In this document: one piece after another, positions 19,954 to 31,147 of the stretch | Position numbering within the stretch: the first letter of the stretch is position 1 | How the letters are laid out: every line of letters starts with the position of its first letter | Assembly: GCA_963817085.1 (NCBI GenBank) | Contig: CAWFNI010000015.1 | Span: 145,809-209,808, forward strand | Direction: 5' to 3' | Source of the DNA: Candidatus Acidiferrales bacterium | Lineage (GTDB): Bacteria; Acidobacteriota; Terriglobia; Acidiferrales; UBA7541 | Length of the DNA: 64,000 nt | Translations under genes and position numbers: made by a program | The notes under the pieces: model-generated | The model's input: the letters and a program-made list of their open reading frames with translations, nothing else | Database searches by the model: none | What the model was told of the DNA's origin: nothing

Positions 19954-21303
19954 TCAGAGCCGCCCGAATGAATAATAGTCGAATCCCAATTCCTGCATCT
20001 TCTTCGGCGAATACAGGTTTCGCCCGTCGATCACCAGCCGCCTCGCCATACTATTGCCGGCTCGCTCCCAATCCAACTTCCGGAAAACCGGCCATTCCGT
20101 GCAAACCAGCGCTGCATCCACGCCCTTCAGTGCCTCGTAAGGGTCTTCGTAGTATTTTGCCACAGGGATAAGCGGTTTCGTCCGCGAGATGGCCTGCGGA
20201 TCGCTCGCGTGCACTTCCGCTCCTTCTTGCAGGAGCTTGCGAATTACGTCCAGCGCGGGAGCGAAGCGGATGTCATCGGTGTTGGCCTTGAACGCCAACC
20301 CCAGCACCGCTACCTTCTTGCCCTTGATCACCCACAACGCTTTGTGAATCTTTTCAAAGAAGCGCTCGATGCGCTGTTTGTTCACGCGCTCTGCCGCTTT
20401 TAGCATGTCAAATTCCACGCCCACGGATGCCGCCAGGTGGATGAACGCCTGGATGTCTTTCGGAAAACAAAAACCGCCAAACCCCAGGCCGGCTTTCAGG
20501 AATTGCGAGCCAATCCGCGGATCCAGTCCCATAGCATGGGTCACTTCTTCGACGTCGGCCCCAATCCGTTCGCACAAATCTGAAATCACGTTCGCGTAGC
20601 TGATCTTCAGGGCCAGAAACGAATTGGAGGCATGCTTGATCAATTCCGCGCTGTTGATTGTGGTGATCAGGAGTTCGCCGGGAGTTTCGCTGGGACACTT
20701 GCCGGCGTGCATCGGGCAGTGAAATGTCCGCTCCAGGATCGGCCGGTAGATTTCGCGCATGATGGCCGCGCTCTTCTCATTTTCCACTCCCACCACGATG
20801 CGGTCGGGGTGGAAAAAATCCTCGACCGCGGTTCCTTCTCTCAGGAATTCCGGGTTGGAGGCCACTTCAAATTTCAGGGCCCCGCCGCGCGAGTAAGCTG
20901 CGAGCGCTTTCTGGAGCTGCACTCCGGTCAACGCCGGTACGGTGCTCTTCTCGACCACCAATTTGGAAGCGCGCGCCTCCGTCGCAATCTGGCGCGCCAC
21001 GTGATCAATCGCCGACAGATCAGCCTCGCCGGATTCTTTCGGGGGAGTGCCGACGCAGATGAAGATGACTTCGCCCGCCCGAATGGCTTCGCCCGCATCG
21101 GCCGTGTAGAAGATCTTCTTCTCCGCCACGGCGCGTTGCAGCACTTCGTCCAGATGTGCCTCATAAATGGGAACTTTTCCGGCCTTCAGGAGCTCGATGC
21201 GTTTCTCGTCGATGTCCGTACAATGGACTTCGTGCCCTGCGGCGGCCAGGCAGGCGCCCGTCACCAATCCCACATATCCACACCCGATTACACTCAGACG
21301 CAC
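19954..21303 (-). CDS. ugd: UDP-glucose 6-dehydrogenase
   Basis: GCGYVGLVTG, CVGTP, KSTVP, SNPEFLREG, GFGGFCFPKD, FKANTDDIR. Confidence 0.93.
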   Translation of the reverse strand: MRLSVIGCGYVGLVTGACLAAAGHEVHCTDIDEKRIELLKAGKVPIYEAHLDEVLQRAVAEKKIFYTADAGEAIRAGEVIFICVGTPPKESGEADLSAIDHVARQIATEARASKLVVEKSTVPALTGVQLQKALAAYSRGGALKFEVASNPEFLREGTAVEDFFHPDRIVVGVENEKSAAIMREIYRPILERTFHCPMHAGKCPSETPGELLITTINSAELIKHASNSFLALKISYANVISDLCERIGADVEEVTHAMGLDPRIGSQFLKAGLGFGGFCFPKDIQAFIHLAASVGVEFDMLKAAERVNKQRIERFFEKIHKALWVIKGKKVAVLGLAFKANTDDIRFAPALDVIRKLLQEGAEVHASDPQAISRTKPLIPVAKYYEDPYEALKGVDAALVCTEWPVFRKLDWERAGNSMARRLVIDGRNLYSPKKMQELGFDYYSFGRL

Positions 21304-21403
21304 TGTAGTTTCTCCTTCGCGCTTAACAGGATTTCTTGCCGGAGATGGTGGGAGCGATTCCCTGTGTCAGCCTTCACGGTCACCACAATTACGATTCGCG
21401 CCG

Positions 21404-22564
21404 CTACCGCCGGCCTAGCAGCAAGCCGCGGAGCCCGAGCAGTGCCAGCCGCGGCTGCCGCCGCACGACATTCCATAACAATCGCGTGGACTCGTCGCGA
21501 TTGATTTCGCCCAGCGACTCGCGCGTGGAATCATTCAGCATGTCCACCAGCCGGCAGTAATCGTCCTGCTGAAAATGATGCAATGCCCGCCGCACCAGCC
21601 AATGTGTTTCCAGTTCCCGGCGCAGGGCCCGCAGTTCGCCCCGCCCTTTTCTCAGGATAGCATCCGCCACCCCGCGTGCCCCCCGAAATCCCGTCACAAT
21701 GCCGCCCACCGTCGACACTTTCACTTGCGCTGCCGCGTCTCCCACCAGGTACACCTCGCCGTTCCCGACGTTCCGCCTTACAGGCACCCAGCGGCGATAA
21801 ACCGGAATCCGCGCGCCTTGCCATTCGAGCGGCTCAAACCCTTTCTTCTCGAGGAATCGGTCAAAGCAGCGTTTCGTATCGTGCCCCTTCTCTCCAATCA
21901 CACCCAGGGCCCCACGTTCCGCGGATTCCGGTATCAGCCAGTAGAAGTATGGGGTGTCATCGGGTATGAACCAAACTCGGGTTGTGTCTGCAGGGCAGTC
22001 TTTCGGCAGCTTTACGAGCGCCTGCACCAGCGGCACAGTTTCCACCGGCGGCCAGCCAGAAGCGCGGGCCACCCGGCTCACTGCTCCATCCGCGCCCACC
22101 ACGCTTTCAGCGTACAGTTCGTCACGTTGACCAGCCTGCTCCACCTGGACGTGAAGTCCGCTCCCATTCGGGGAAAGTCCCAGAAAACGAGTGTTGTATT
22201 CGAACCGGGCCCCGGCTTCTTCTGCCTCCTGAGCCAGCGCGCGAATCAGCCGTGAACGCTCGATGATCAGGTCGGGGCGCTTCAGAGACACGATGGCCGA
22301 CCGGCCGTTGGTGAACAATTCAAATCGGCGGATCTCGTTCAGTATGCTTGCACCGGCTGTGCCATTCATTTGCTGCCGGAAGTGATCGGTGACAATCAGT
22401 GTCCGTGTTGCCGGCTCCAGCGTCGGCTTGGATTCGAGCACGCGCACCGCGCGCCCTCCGCGCGCCACACACGTAGCGGTGTAGAGGCCTGCAGCCGATC
22501 CCCCGACCACAACGACCTCTTTTTTGTCCCGGACGTTTCCCGGCCCACTTCCTGATTTATTCAC
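21404..22564 (-). CDS. Geranylgeranyl reductase-family FAD-dependent oxidoreductase
   Basis: VVVVGGSAAG FAD motif, VGADGAVS, YFYWLIP, LVGDAAAQVKVSTVGGI. Confidence 0.8.
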   Translation of the reverse strand: MNKSGSGPGNVRDKKEVVVVGGSAAGLYTATCVARGGRAVRVLESKPTLEPATRTLIVTDHFRQQMNGTAGASILNEIRRFELFTNGRSAIVSLKRPDLIIERSRLIRALAQEAEEAGARFEYNTRFLGLSPNGSGLHVQVEQAGQRDELYAESVVGADGAVSRVARASGWPPVETVPLVQALVKLPKDCPADTTRVWFIPDDTPYFYWLIPESAERGALGVIGEKGHDTKRCFDRFLEKKGFEPLEWQGARIPVYRRWVPVRRNVGNGEVYLVGDAAAQVKVSTVGGIVTGFRGARGVADAILRKGRGELRALRRELETHWLVRRALHHFQQDDYCRLVDMLNDSTRESLGEINRDESTRLLWNVVRRQPRLALLGLRGLLLGRR

Positions 22565-22755
22565 AGTCTAGGAGGATCCTGTTCTTCGGTCAGCCCTGGT
22601 TCCCGCCTCACCCTCTTACCCGCCCACTTCTGGCCCAGTTAACGCGCGGGTAAAGCAGTCCAATGAGGATGTGTTTGAGTATAGCGAAACCTGTTGAGTG
22701 GGCCAAACCGACCAGCCGGCCATAGAGTTCAGGAAAGGAACCCGGCAGGGTGACT

Positions 22756-23812
22756 TTACGCCGCTTCGCTATGCTTCTGACTCTTTTGCCGCTCGAAGGG
22801 AGCTTGCTCCAACCACACGATGGCCGCCAACATAGTCACCAGAAGAGCGGCTCCCACCACCGCCGTCTGCTTGGTGGAAAGATAGGTGACCGCGACGCCC
22901 GCACCGCCGCAGATGGCTCCCGCCAGGTAAATTGCCAGAACCGCGCCCCGCTGCCCGAGTCCCAGGTTTGCCAACCGGTGTGCCGAATGGTCCTTGCCCG
23001 GCGTGGCAAAAGGTAACAGTCCTCGTCGTGAACGCGAGATGGTGACCAGGGTGGTATCGAAAATTGTCGCGCTGAGGATCAGCACCGGTGCCATCCACCC
23101 GGCCAGATTCGTGGTGTGCATGAACCGTAATTTCAACCCCAGCGCTGCCATCAGGAAGCCGAGGAACATCGCTCCGCCATCACCCATAAAAATCTTCGCT
23201 GGTTTGAAATTCCAGCGCAAAAATCCCGCTGCGGCGCCAAGTGTGGCCGCCGCCAATGCGGTCACCACCCTCTGGCCGTTCAAATACGCCAGCATCGCAA
23301 AGAACACCGAGGCCATCGCCGCAACGCCCGCGCACAGACCGTCCATATGGTCCAGAATGCTGAACGAAGCCGTGATTCCCACTACCCACACGACTGTCAG
23401 CGCCGCATCCAACCAATACCCCTTGCTCCCGCCCACCAGGCTCTCGAATACATTTGCGTGGACTCCGCTCGCCAGGAGAATGACAGCGGCTACCGGCATG
23501 CCTAGAAACAGTTTCACCTGGTGATGCAGCCAGCCCCGGTCATCCAGGAACCCCACCACCGCGACCAGTGTCGCGCCCGTCACGATGCCAAAGCTCTGTG
23601 CCCGCGCGGGACCGTCAAACACCACCAAAATCGCCAGCAGCACTCCCGGCATAGATCGCCAGACCGCCCAAAAGTGGAATTGGCTTCAGGTGGACTTTGC
23701 GTGGACCCGGTGAGTCAACCATACCCACGCGAATCGCCAGTGCCCGCACCGGTACCGTAAGGACCATGGAGGCTGACAGAGCGATTAGGAAAGCCAGTAG
23801 GCCCGCACTCAT
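22756..23812 (-). CDS. WecA/TagO (MraY-like) polyprenyl-phosphate HexNAc-1-phosphate transferase; one frameshift near 23645
   Basis: ORF 23615-23812 (DSPGPRKVHLKPIPLLGGLAI) joins ORF 22756-23652 (GFLDD, DHMDGL, WNFKPAKIFMGDGG, DHSAHRL). Confidence 0.88.
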
Positions 23813-24056
23813 AACGCTCTCGTATTTCGTTCTGAACAGACTGGCCCGGGCGAGAATGCCAGTGCATCGCAGACGCGTTGCCGGTTTGGGTTCCGGCTCC
23901 CAAGTTTCGGCTCACACCAGCAACGGCGGAAAGCCGAGGATGCTGCCCCACGCAGCCCTCTGACCATACCGCGAAAACCGGGAAAGTGCCAGTCAAACCA
24001 GCGAATTAGGACAGCGCATCATCCAAAAACAAACCCTGCTGATCAATCCGTAAGTT

Positions 24057-25272
24057 TCATGAGGAGATATGCGCGCCGGACTCTTCCACGACGGCACGTA
24101 ATTTTTCAAGTTCTCTGCCCCCGCTCGTATTCCGGTGCCACGGCGGCCGCTGCTCGCCCCATCTCGCGGAGCCGCCTGGCATCCTGGAGCAGCGCGCGAA
24201 CGCTCTTGACGAACTCCGCAGGATTGTCCGGGTCCGCCGAAATCGAGAAGCCTTTTTGTTGTCCGATGGAGACCACATCGCATTCGCTCGGCGCCACGGC
24301 AACAATGGCTTTCCCCGCGGCAAGAATGCCGTACATCTTACTTGGCACCACCACGCCTTCCAACCCACGCCTTACGGTAATTAAATGCGCGTCCCCGGCG
24401 GCCAGCACGGAGGGAATCTTGCTTCCCGGGAAGAAGGGAAGAAATCGTACATTGGGTATGCCGGAAGCGCTCGCCACCAACCGTTCCCTCTCGGCGCCGT
24501 CGCCCACAAAGACCACGCCCACGCCGTCCTCCGCGAGCTGGCGCGCTCCCTCCAGCAGCGTCTCCCACGCGCCGTAAAACCCCAGATTGCCGGCGTGCAG
24601 CAGCACGAACTTGAATTCGCCTCGAATCGCTCGAATGACCTCGCCGTCAAGTTTGCTTTCTGTGTCACTCCGAGTTGAAATTTCCGTCCCATCCCGCACG
24701 ACCACCACGTGCGCCGGGTGGATCCCCTTCGCCAGGATTCGATGGCGCATATCTTCGCCCAGAACAACAACCCTGGTTGCCCGGCGCAAGGCCCAGCGAT
24801 GCATTCTTTCCCACACGCGCGCTAGAAAGCCGGGTCCGACGATCGAACCTCCCACTGCCATGTCCGGGTAAAGATCGCGAATGTTGTAGACATAGGGTTT
24901 GTTTTTCAGCATCGCCACGAACGCCCCGACGATGCCCTCGAACGGAGGGTCCGTCATTGCCAGAACAATATCGCAGGGGATCAACAAAGCGCGCGGCACC
25001 GCCAGAAACACATAGCTCAAGTAATTGAAGATCCGCTTTTTCATCTGTGTGCGCGGGTAATCCGTCGATCCCACGCGAATCACGTTTACGCGCCCGGCCG
25101 GTTCGCACCGGTAAAGTCGCCAAGTGCGCCGCTCCGTCGGGTCATAGGAGGGGCGCCCACACAGAACGGTTATTTCGTGCCGGTTGGCCAGCGCATCGGC
25201 GACCGTTTGTGCCATCTTGGCCGTGGCCGAAGTATCGGGTGGGTAATAAAGGTTCAGCAGCAGGACACGCAC
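24057..25272 (-). CDS. GT4 glycosyltransferase (WcaI-like); frameshift near 24120
   Basis: VLLLNLYYPPD, DLYPD, HAGNLG, VVPSKMYGILAAGK; C-terminus continues in the frame of ORF 24057-24368. Confidence 0.88.
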
Positions 25273-25448
25273 CAGAGGATTGTACAGGGAGAAGAAGATC
25301 CTTTGCAGCCGCAGCAGCTTCTGCCCGAGGGAATCCCGGAGCCCCAGGAACGAACAGTCGGCCCAAACCTGTCCTTGCGGACAGTTTCGCCCACGCGTTC
25401 GCAATTCTACTGTGGACGCTTGCAGAGTCAGATCCATCGGAGGACCTT

Positions 25449-25934
25449 ATGCCAGGGAACTCTCACTTCGCTCAGGCGAGATTCTTGCTCGGGCTCTTCA
25501 TTTGCCTTTTGGCGCTGCAAGCCGCCGCGGCCCCGAAGCCTCTTCCGGGTGCCGTGGTCCATGCCCGCACCGTCTTCCTCGAAAACGATACCGGCTTCCA
25601 CGAACTGGAGTACAGCACGATCTTCGAGTTGAACAAGTGGGGCCACTTCGATCTCGCCGAAAGCCGCGATAAAGCGGACCTGGTGCTACGGCTGGACAAC
25701 GGAAACCGCGTCCGCGCCGTTCCTGACGGTCAGTTTCCATCCGCGGGCGCTATGAATGCCCTCGAGGAAGTCGAAATCCCGAAAGGCCACACGCGCATCT
25801 CTCTGCTCGATCCGAAAACCAACGCCATCCTGTGGTCCGACACGCACAAGACCGATGGCGGCAAGGTCAAAAGCGGGCACCTCCTCGATGGCCTGCGCGA
25901 GGCATTCGACAACTACGAAAAGTCCCACCGCTAA
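25449..25934 (+). CDS. Hypothetical secreted protein
   Basis: GGAGGA SD then ATG 25449; signal peptide ending AAAA; ARTVFLEN...KADLVL. Confidence 0.65.
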   Translation: MPGNSHFAQARFLLGLFICLLALQAAAAPKPLPGAVVHARTVFLENDTGFHELEYSTIFELNKWGHFDLAESRDKADLVLRLDNGNRVRAVPDGQFPSAGAMNALEEVEIPKGHTRISLLDPKTNAILWSDTHKTDGGKVKSGHLLDGLREAFDNYEKSHR

Positions 25935-26114
25935 CTACCCATTGCCGCTGCTCCGCGCCGGAAATATGGTAGCGCTCAGTCCTCAGATGGGGGTCCTGCT
26001 ACCTTGGCACTCGTCCCGCATTCTGCTATATGTGGAGGAAGATAGTCCTGCCTCTGGCGGCCAGCTCGCTATCCTCGCCGCACGCCGTGGCTCGCTCCGG
26101 GACGGAGGACCTCC

Positions 26115-26528
26115 ATGGAAATCACGGTTGAACATCTCGGCTCTGTGCAGTTTGAAATCAAGACGCGCGGGCATTCGATTGTCAGCGATCAGCCGGTGGA
26201 GCAAGGCGGCTTCAACGAAGGCATGACTCCGCCGGAATTATTGCTTGCGTCGCTCGGTTCTTGCGCGGGCTATTACGCCGCGCAATACCTCCGAAAGCAC
26301 AAGCTGGCCATCGAAGGAACCCGCGTGCGCGTTAGTTGCGACAAAGTGAAAGATCCCGTCCCGCGTATGACCAATTTTGTCATTGAAGTCGACGCTCCCG
26401 TCGAACTCACCCCGGAACATCGCAAGGGAGTGCAGGAAGCCGTGGAACACTGCCTGGTCCACAACACCCTGCTTCACACGCCAACCATTTCGTTGAAAAT
26501 CGAAAGCGCCGTCGAGGCAAAATCCTAG
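26115..26528 (+). CDS. OsmC/YhfA family protein
   Basis: DQPVEQGG...GMTPPELLLASLGSC...CLVHNTL; GGAGGA SD. Confidence 0.9.
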   Translation: MEITVEHLGSVQFEIKTRGHSIVSDQPVEQGGFNEGMTPPELLLASLGSCAGYYAAQYLRKHKLAIEGTRVRVSCDKVKDPVPRMTNFVIEVDAPVELTPEHRKGVQEAVEHCLVHNTLLHTPTISLKIESAVEAKS

Positions 26529-26531
26529 TTC

Positions 26532-27359
26532 TTACGCGGACAGCATTTTTCCCAGAAGTTCTTTCAGGATTTTCGCCGCGACCGTCGCCGTCAGTCCGGA
26601 GGAATCTCGCAGAGGATTGAACTCCACAAGATCTGCGCCGACGATCGGGCCCGGCAGCGCGTGTAGGTAGCGCAACGCTTCCCGCGTCGTCAGCCCACCG
26701 GGCTCCCAGTGCGAAATCCCTGGTGCCAGACCCGGTTCCAGTGCATCCATATCAAACGAAACGTAAACCGGTCCTTCCACGTTCAGTTTCGCCGGGTTGG
26801 GCAGGTTGTTCATCTGAAACACTTCAACCCCATGCTTTCGCGCTTGTTCCAGTTGGTGGGCGTTCATGGTTCGAACGCCAATCTGCACCAGCCGCCGCGC
26901 CAATTTCTCCTCCATGATTCGCGCAAACGGACTGGCGTGGGAATGCCGGTTATTTTCGTAATTCTCGTAAAGATCCGGATGCGCATCAAAGTGCACCAGG
27001 GTGATCCCTGACACCAGTTTTCCCAGCGCCCGCAGGATCGGATAGGTGATCGAGTGATCTCCACCCAGGCTCACCGGCCGCTTCCCCGCCTCTACAATCT
27101 TCGCGATCGACCCTTCAATGCGCGCGTAAGCGTCGCGTGCTTCCATGTCCTCAAGATCGCCGGCGTCCTCAAAAGCTCCCGCGACCCCCAGATCCACCCG
27201 CGATTCACTCCATTGATTCCACGCATCAGAATGCAGGGCTTCGCGAATCCGCGGCGGCGCCTGCGCCGGTCCGCGCATGTAAGAGGAATTGTGATCCAAC
27301 GGAATTCCCAGAAGAACGGGGACGCCCCGCGGTGCGAGTTTCGACCTGGAGATTTTCAT
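26532..27359 (-). CDS. Agmatinase / ureohydrolase (arginase family)
   Basis: SLGGDHSIT, HFDAHPDL, HASPF, SFDMDAL, DLVEFNP; ATGA overlap with the carbamoyltransferase stop. Confidence 0.9.
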   Translation of the reverse strand: MKISRSKLAPRGVPVLLGIPLDHNSSYMRGPAQAPPRIREALHSDAWNQWSESRVDLGVAGAFEDAGDLEDMEARDAYARIEGSIAKIVEAGKRPVSLGGDHSITYPILRALGKLVSGITLVHFDAHPDLYENYENNRHSHASPFARIMEEKLARRLVQIGVRTMNAHQLEQARKHGVEVFQMNNLPNPAKLNVEGPVYVSFDMDALEPGLAPGISHWEPGGLTTREALRYLHALPGPIVGADLVEFNPLRDSSGLTATVAAKILKELLGKMLSA

Positions 27360-29111
27360 GGGCGCGTGATCAGATAATTGCCGAGCACCAGCGCGTCCAT
27401 CTGCGTGCGCAGGAAGCAGTCCAGCGCTTCTTCCGGGCGGCATACGATCGGCTCATTGTCATTAAACGATGTATTCAGCACCACCGGCACGCCGGTCTGG
27501 CGCTCGAATTCGCTGATCAGCGCGTGGTAACGCGGATTCGCTTCCGCGGTCACGGTCTGCAATCGGCCGGTGCCGTCCACATGCGTCGGCGCCGGGAATC
27601 TTGTCGCGCTTTTCCGGCCGAACGGAGTACGCGAGCGTCATGAACGGCGAGGGGTGTGCCTTCTCGAACCACTCCCCCGTTTTTTCTGCCAGGATCGACG
27701 GCGCAAACGGCCGGAAGATTTCCCGGTGCTTGATTCGCCGGTTCAGGATTTCCTTCATTTCCGGTCGCCGAGGATCCGCCACAATGCTGCGGTTGCCGAG
27801 CGCGCGCGGTCCCCATTCCGCGCGTCCCTGATACCAGCCCAGAATTTTTCCTTCGGCGATGATCGCGGCCGTGCAGCCTCATTAATTCTGCTTCGGGCAG
27901 TTCTGTCAGAGTGTAGCCGCCGGCCGACACCGCGCTCGCCTCGATCGCCGCGCGAATTTCTTCCGTCGTATATCCCGGTCCCCAATAGGCATGCTCCATC
28001 ACAAACGAGCGCGGCTTGCCCAGCAGTTGGTGCCACACGTAATACGCCGCGCCAACCGCCAGCCCCGCATCGCCGGCCGCGGGATGCACGTAAACTCTTT
28101 CAAACGGCGTCTGATCAAAAATCTTTCCATTGGCCACGCAATTGAATGCCACGCCGCCAGACAGGCACACATCCTTCGCGCCGGTCTTTGCCGCCAGCTT
28201 TTTCAACATTCCCAGATACACTTCTTCGAGCCGCGCCTGCAGCGAAGCAGCCAAATCACGGTGCCTCTGCTCGACCGGTTCTTCCGGCCGCCGCGCGGGT
28301 CCGCCCAGGCGCTTCGGCATGGCCTCGGAAAACATCCTGCCAAGCGTCGGCGTCTTGTCGGACTCCGCCCACGACATTTCCGGTCCCGTTTTGTGGTGCG
28401 TAAAGTAATCGAGGCCCAATCGAAATCCGAATTCCCCGCCGTTCGGGCTGAACGCACGATGTCGCGAAACGCTTCCAGATTTGTCGGCTCTCCATACGCT
28501 GCCAGCCCCATCACCTTGTACTCATCCCCAAATTTCAGAAATCCCAGATATTGCGTGACTGCGCTGTAATACAAGCCCAACGAATGCGGAAACGCGATGG
28601 CACCGTCGATCTGCATCCGGTTCCCGCTTCCGGATCCCCACATGGAACTCGCGAAATCGCCCAAGCCATCCGCTGAAAGCAATGCGGCTTGTTCGAACGG
28701 CGAAACAAAAAAGCTGCTCGCCAGGTGTGCCCGGTGATGCTCCACGCGATGGAACGTCGCTTTGATTTTTGCGGGATCGCTGTCAAATGCCCAGGCCAGG
28801 GCGCTCGGGGATGCCCGTGAACTTGGAAATCACCCGGATGCGTTCTCGGGCAAAGCGAGGGCATGCGCACGCGCATAAAACAGCTTGGTGACCAGCCGGG
28901 CGTACGGATTCCGCGGCACCGCCACGTGATCGATTTCCGCAAGCGTGATCCCCGCTTCTTTCAGGCAATAACGGATCGCCGCCGCGGGAAATCCCGCCGC
29001 GTACTTCACGCGATTGAAGCGTTCCTCCTCCACGGCCGCAATCAACTTGCCGTCGCACACCAGCGCCGCTGAAGCGTTGCCATGATACGCGTTGATTCCC
29101 AGAACGTTCAT
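27356..29111 (-). CDS. NodU/CmcH-family O-carbamoyltransferase; several frameshifts
   Basis: Consecutive fragments: MNVLGINAYHGNASAAL..EEERFNRVK; EHHRAHLAS..DGLGD..EYKVMGLAAYG; LSGGVAFNC..HPAAGDAG; IKHREIFRPFAPS; DGTGRLQTV..LNTSFN. Confidence 0.9.
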
Positions 29112-29188
29112 GTTCGAAGCTTGAAAGTTTACCTCAATTTGTTACTTCCTGATATGCAGTAACCAAGTAGGGAATAGCCTCACGGAAT

Positions 29189-31144
29189 TCAGGCCAGATG
29201 GCGGTGGCACCATTCATTCAGCACGTACAACGACCACGGGCGGGACCAGCTCGTTCGTCCCTGCAAGAAATTATCCCACACCATCCTCACTCCCGCCCCA
29301 TGCACATGCCCGGCCAGCGCTGGCGCCAACTCTTTCAGGTTCGATTCCACGCGTCCCCGCAGCGATGTCCGCATCCAATCTTCCCATGGCAGCGTAAAAG
29401 TCCTTTTCTTCTGTTCCAATATTTCCGCCGGTATCAGCCCTGCCAGCGCCGCTCGCAGCAGTCCCTTCAAGACTCCCGGTTGAACTCGCGCCGCATCCGG
29501 CAGAGCGCACGCAAATTCGACGAGCGGCGTGTCCAGAAAAGGCACGCGCACTTCCAGCGACCGGGCCATGCTCACGGAATCCGTGTCGCGCAGAAGTGTG
29601 CTGGCCATGTACGTTCGCATCTCCAGCCACGAAACACCCGCGATCGGTTCCAGTGCTTCCGCCTGGTCCGCGGAGCGCTCCAGCCAGGCCAGCCACGTCG
29701 GATCCAGCGTGACTCCATCGTTGGCAACCGCGCTGTTCCGGTAGCGTGGTTCGGCCAGCCGCGAAAGTTCCGACGGAGGAAACAGCAATCGGGTAAAGAA
29801 ATAAGCATGAGGAAGAGCATCGGGCATGAGCCACGCGTCGCTGGCCTTCCGCGCGGCATCCGCGGAAAAATTTCGCGACAGCACCGCATTTGCCAGCGGG
29901 GCACTGATGCGACGAATTGCACCAGGAAGGAATCGCGACAGTAGTTCCAGCCGCGCCAGCCTCGGCGTATCCGCGAACGTCCGGTATCCCGCGAAAACCT
30001 CATCCCCGCCCAGCCCGGACAACGCCACCTTCAATCCCACTTCGCGTGCCGCCCAGGAAACAAAATATGTGTTGATTCCATCCATCGTAGGCTGGTCCAG
30101 CGCCCCGATTGCCTCCTCCAAACGCGCCAACATGTCCTGCCCCTGCAAGGGCACCTCGGTGTGACGTGTCCCCGCCCGTTGCGCCACCACGCGCGCCAGC
30201 GGCCCTTCGTCATACGCCGTGTCCGGAAAAGTGAGTGTGAAGCTCTGAATGCCTTGCTGGGCCCGGCCGGCCAGCATGGCAATCGCGCTGGAATCCAGCC
30301 CGCTCGATAGGAACAAACCTACGGGAACATCGGCGATCAGATGGGCACGAATCGCATCTTCCAACAGCGTCCGGAGTCGCCCCGACGCGGACGCAAAATC
30401 GCTCGGGCGTTTCGGGTCCCGCGCCGCGGCACTTCCCATCGGATCCCACCAGGGGCGCGCCCGCGGCGCGCGGCGTCGATCCGGCAGGTGCAACAGTAGC
30501 GCATGCCCCGGCGGAAGGGAGAAGGCGCCGTCCACCAGCGTGACTGGCTCGGACACGCTGCCAAACAACAGGTAGGACGTCAACGCATCCGGTGACAGCT
30601 TGCGCTCGATAATTCCACAGCGCAGCAGGGCCCGTAACTCGGACGCGAACGCGAAACCCTGCTGCGTCTGCCCGTAGTAGAGCGGCTTGATCCCAAGGGG
30701 ATCTCGCGCCAGGAACAAAATAGGAACGGTGGCGAAATGTTTGCGCAGATCCAGCAGCGCGAAGGCAAACATGCCGCGGAGTTCAACCAGGAGATCCTCG
30801 CCCCATTCTTCCCATCCGTGAACCAGAATTTCCGTGTCGGATTGCGAACTGAACCGGTGGCCCGCCAGCTTCAGGCGCTCTCGCAAATCCCGGTAATTGT
30901 AGAGTTCGCCGTTGAACACCACGGCGACATCGTGTTTTTCGTTCCATACCGGCTGATGGCCGCCGGCAAGATCGATAATGCTGAGCCGGCGCATCCCCAG
31001 CGCCACCCCCATGGCCCGAGGATCATTGACCAGGTAGCCGTCTTCATCGGGCCCGCGGTGCACCATCGCTGCCGCCATGTCTCGCACACGGCATTCCGCT
31101 TCCGAAGAAGTTGGAGCGTAGGCGAAGCCACATATGCCGCACAC
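29189..31144 (-). CDS. asnB: Asparagine synthase (glutamine-hydrolysing)-family amidotransferase
   Basis: N-terminal CGICG (Ntn Cys), HRGPD, RRLSIIDL, FNGELYN, FLSSGLDSS, LSGLGGDE, SLEVRVPFLD. Confidence 0.92.
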   Translation of the reverse strand: MCGICGFAYAPTSSEAECRVRDMAAAMVHRGPDEDGYLVNDPRAMGVALGMRRLSIIDLAGGHQPVWNEKHDVAVVFNGELYNYRDLRERLKLAGHRFSSQSDTEILVHGWEEWGEDLLVELRGMFAFALLDLRKHFATVPILFLARDPLGIKPLYYGQTQQGFAFASELRALLRCGIIERKLSPDALTSYLLFGSVSEPVTLVDGAFSLPPGHALLLHLPDRRRAPRARPWWDPMGSAAARDPKRPSDFASASGRLRTLLEDAIRAHLIADVPVGLFLSSGLDSSAIAMLAGRAQQGIQSFTLTFPDTAYDEGPLARVVAQRAGTRHTEVPLQGQDMLARLEEAIGALDQPTMDGINTYFVSWAAREVGLKVALSGLGGDEVFAGYRTFADTPRLARLELLSRFLPGAIRRISAPLANAVLSRNFSADAARKASDAWLMPDALPHAYFFTRLLFPPSELSRLAEPRYRNSAVANDGVTLDPTWLAWLERSADQAEALEPIAGVSWLEMRTYMASTLLRDTDSVSMARSLEVRVPFLDTPLVEFACALPDAARVQPGVLKGLLRAALAGLIPAEILEQKKRTFTLPWEDWMRTSLRGRVESNLKELAPALAGHVHGAGVRMVWDNFLQGRTSWSRPWSLYVLNEWCHRHLA

Positions 31145-31147
31145 GCT

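Noticed and set aside
26003-26031. Sigma54 promoter (TTGGCAC with GC at the correct spacing)
   Set aside because: It lacks the TTGC -12 element and fits a sigma70-like TTGGCA-17-TATATG equally well
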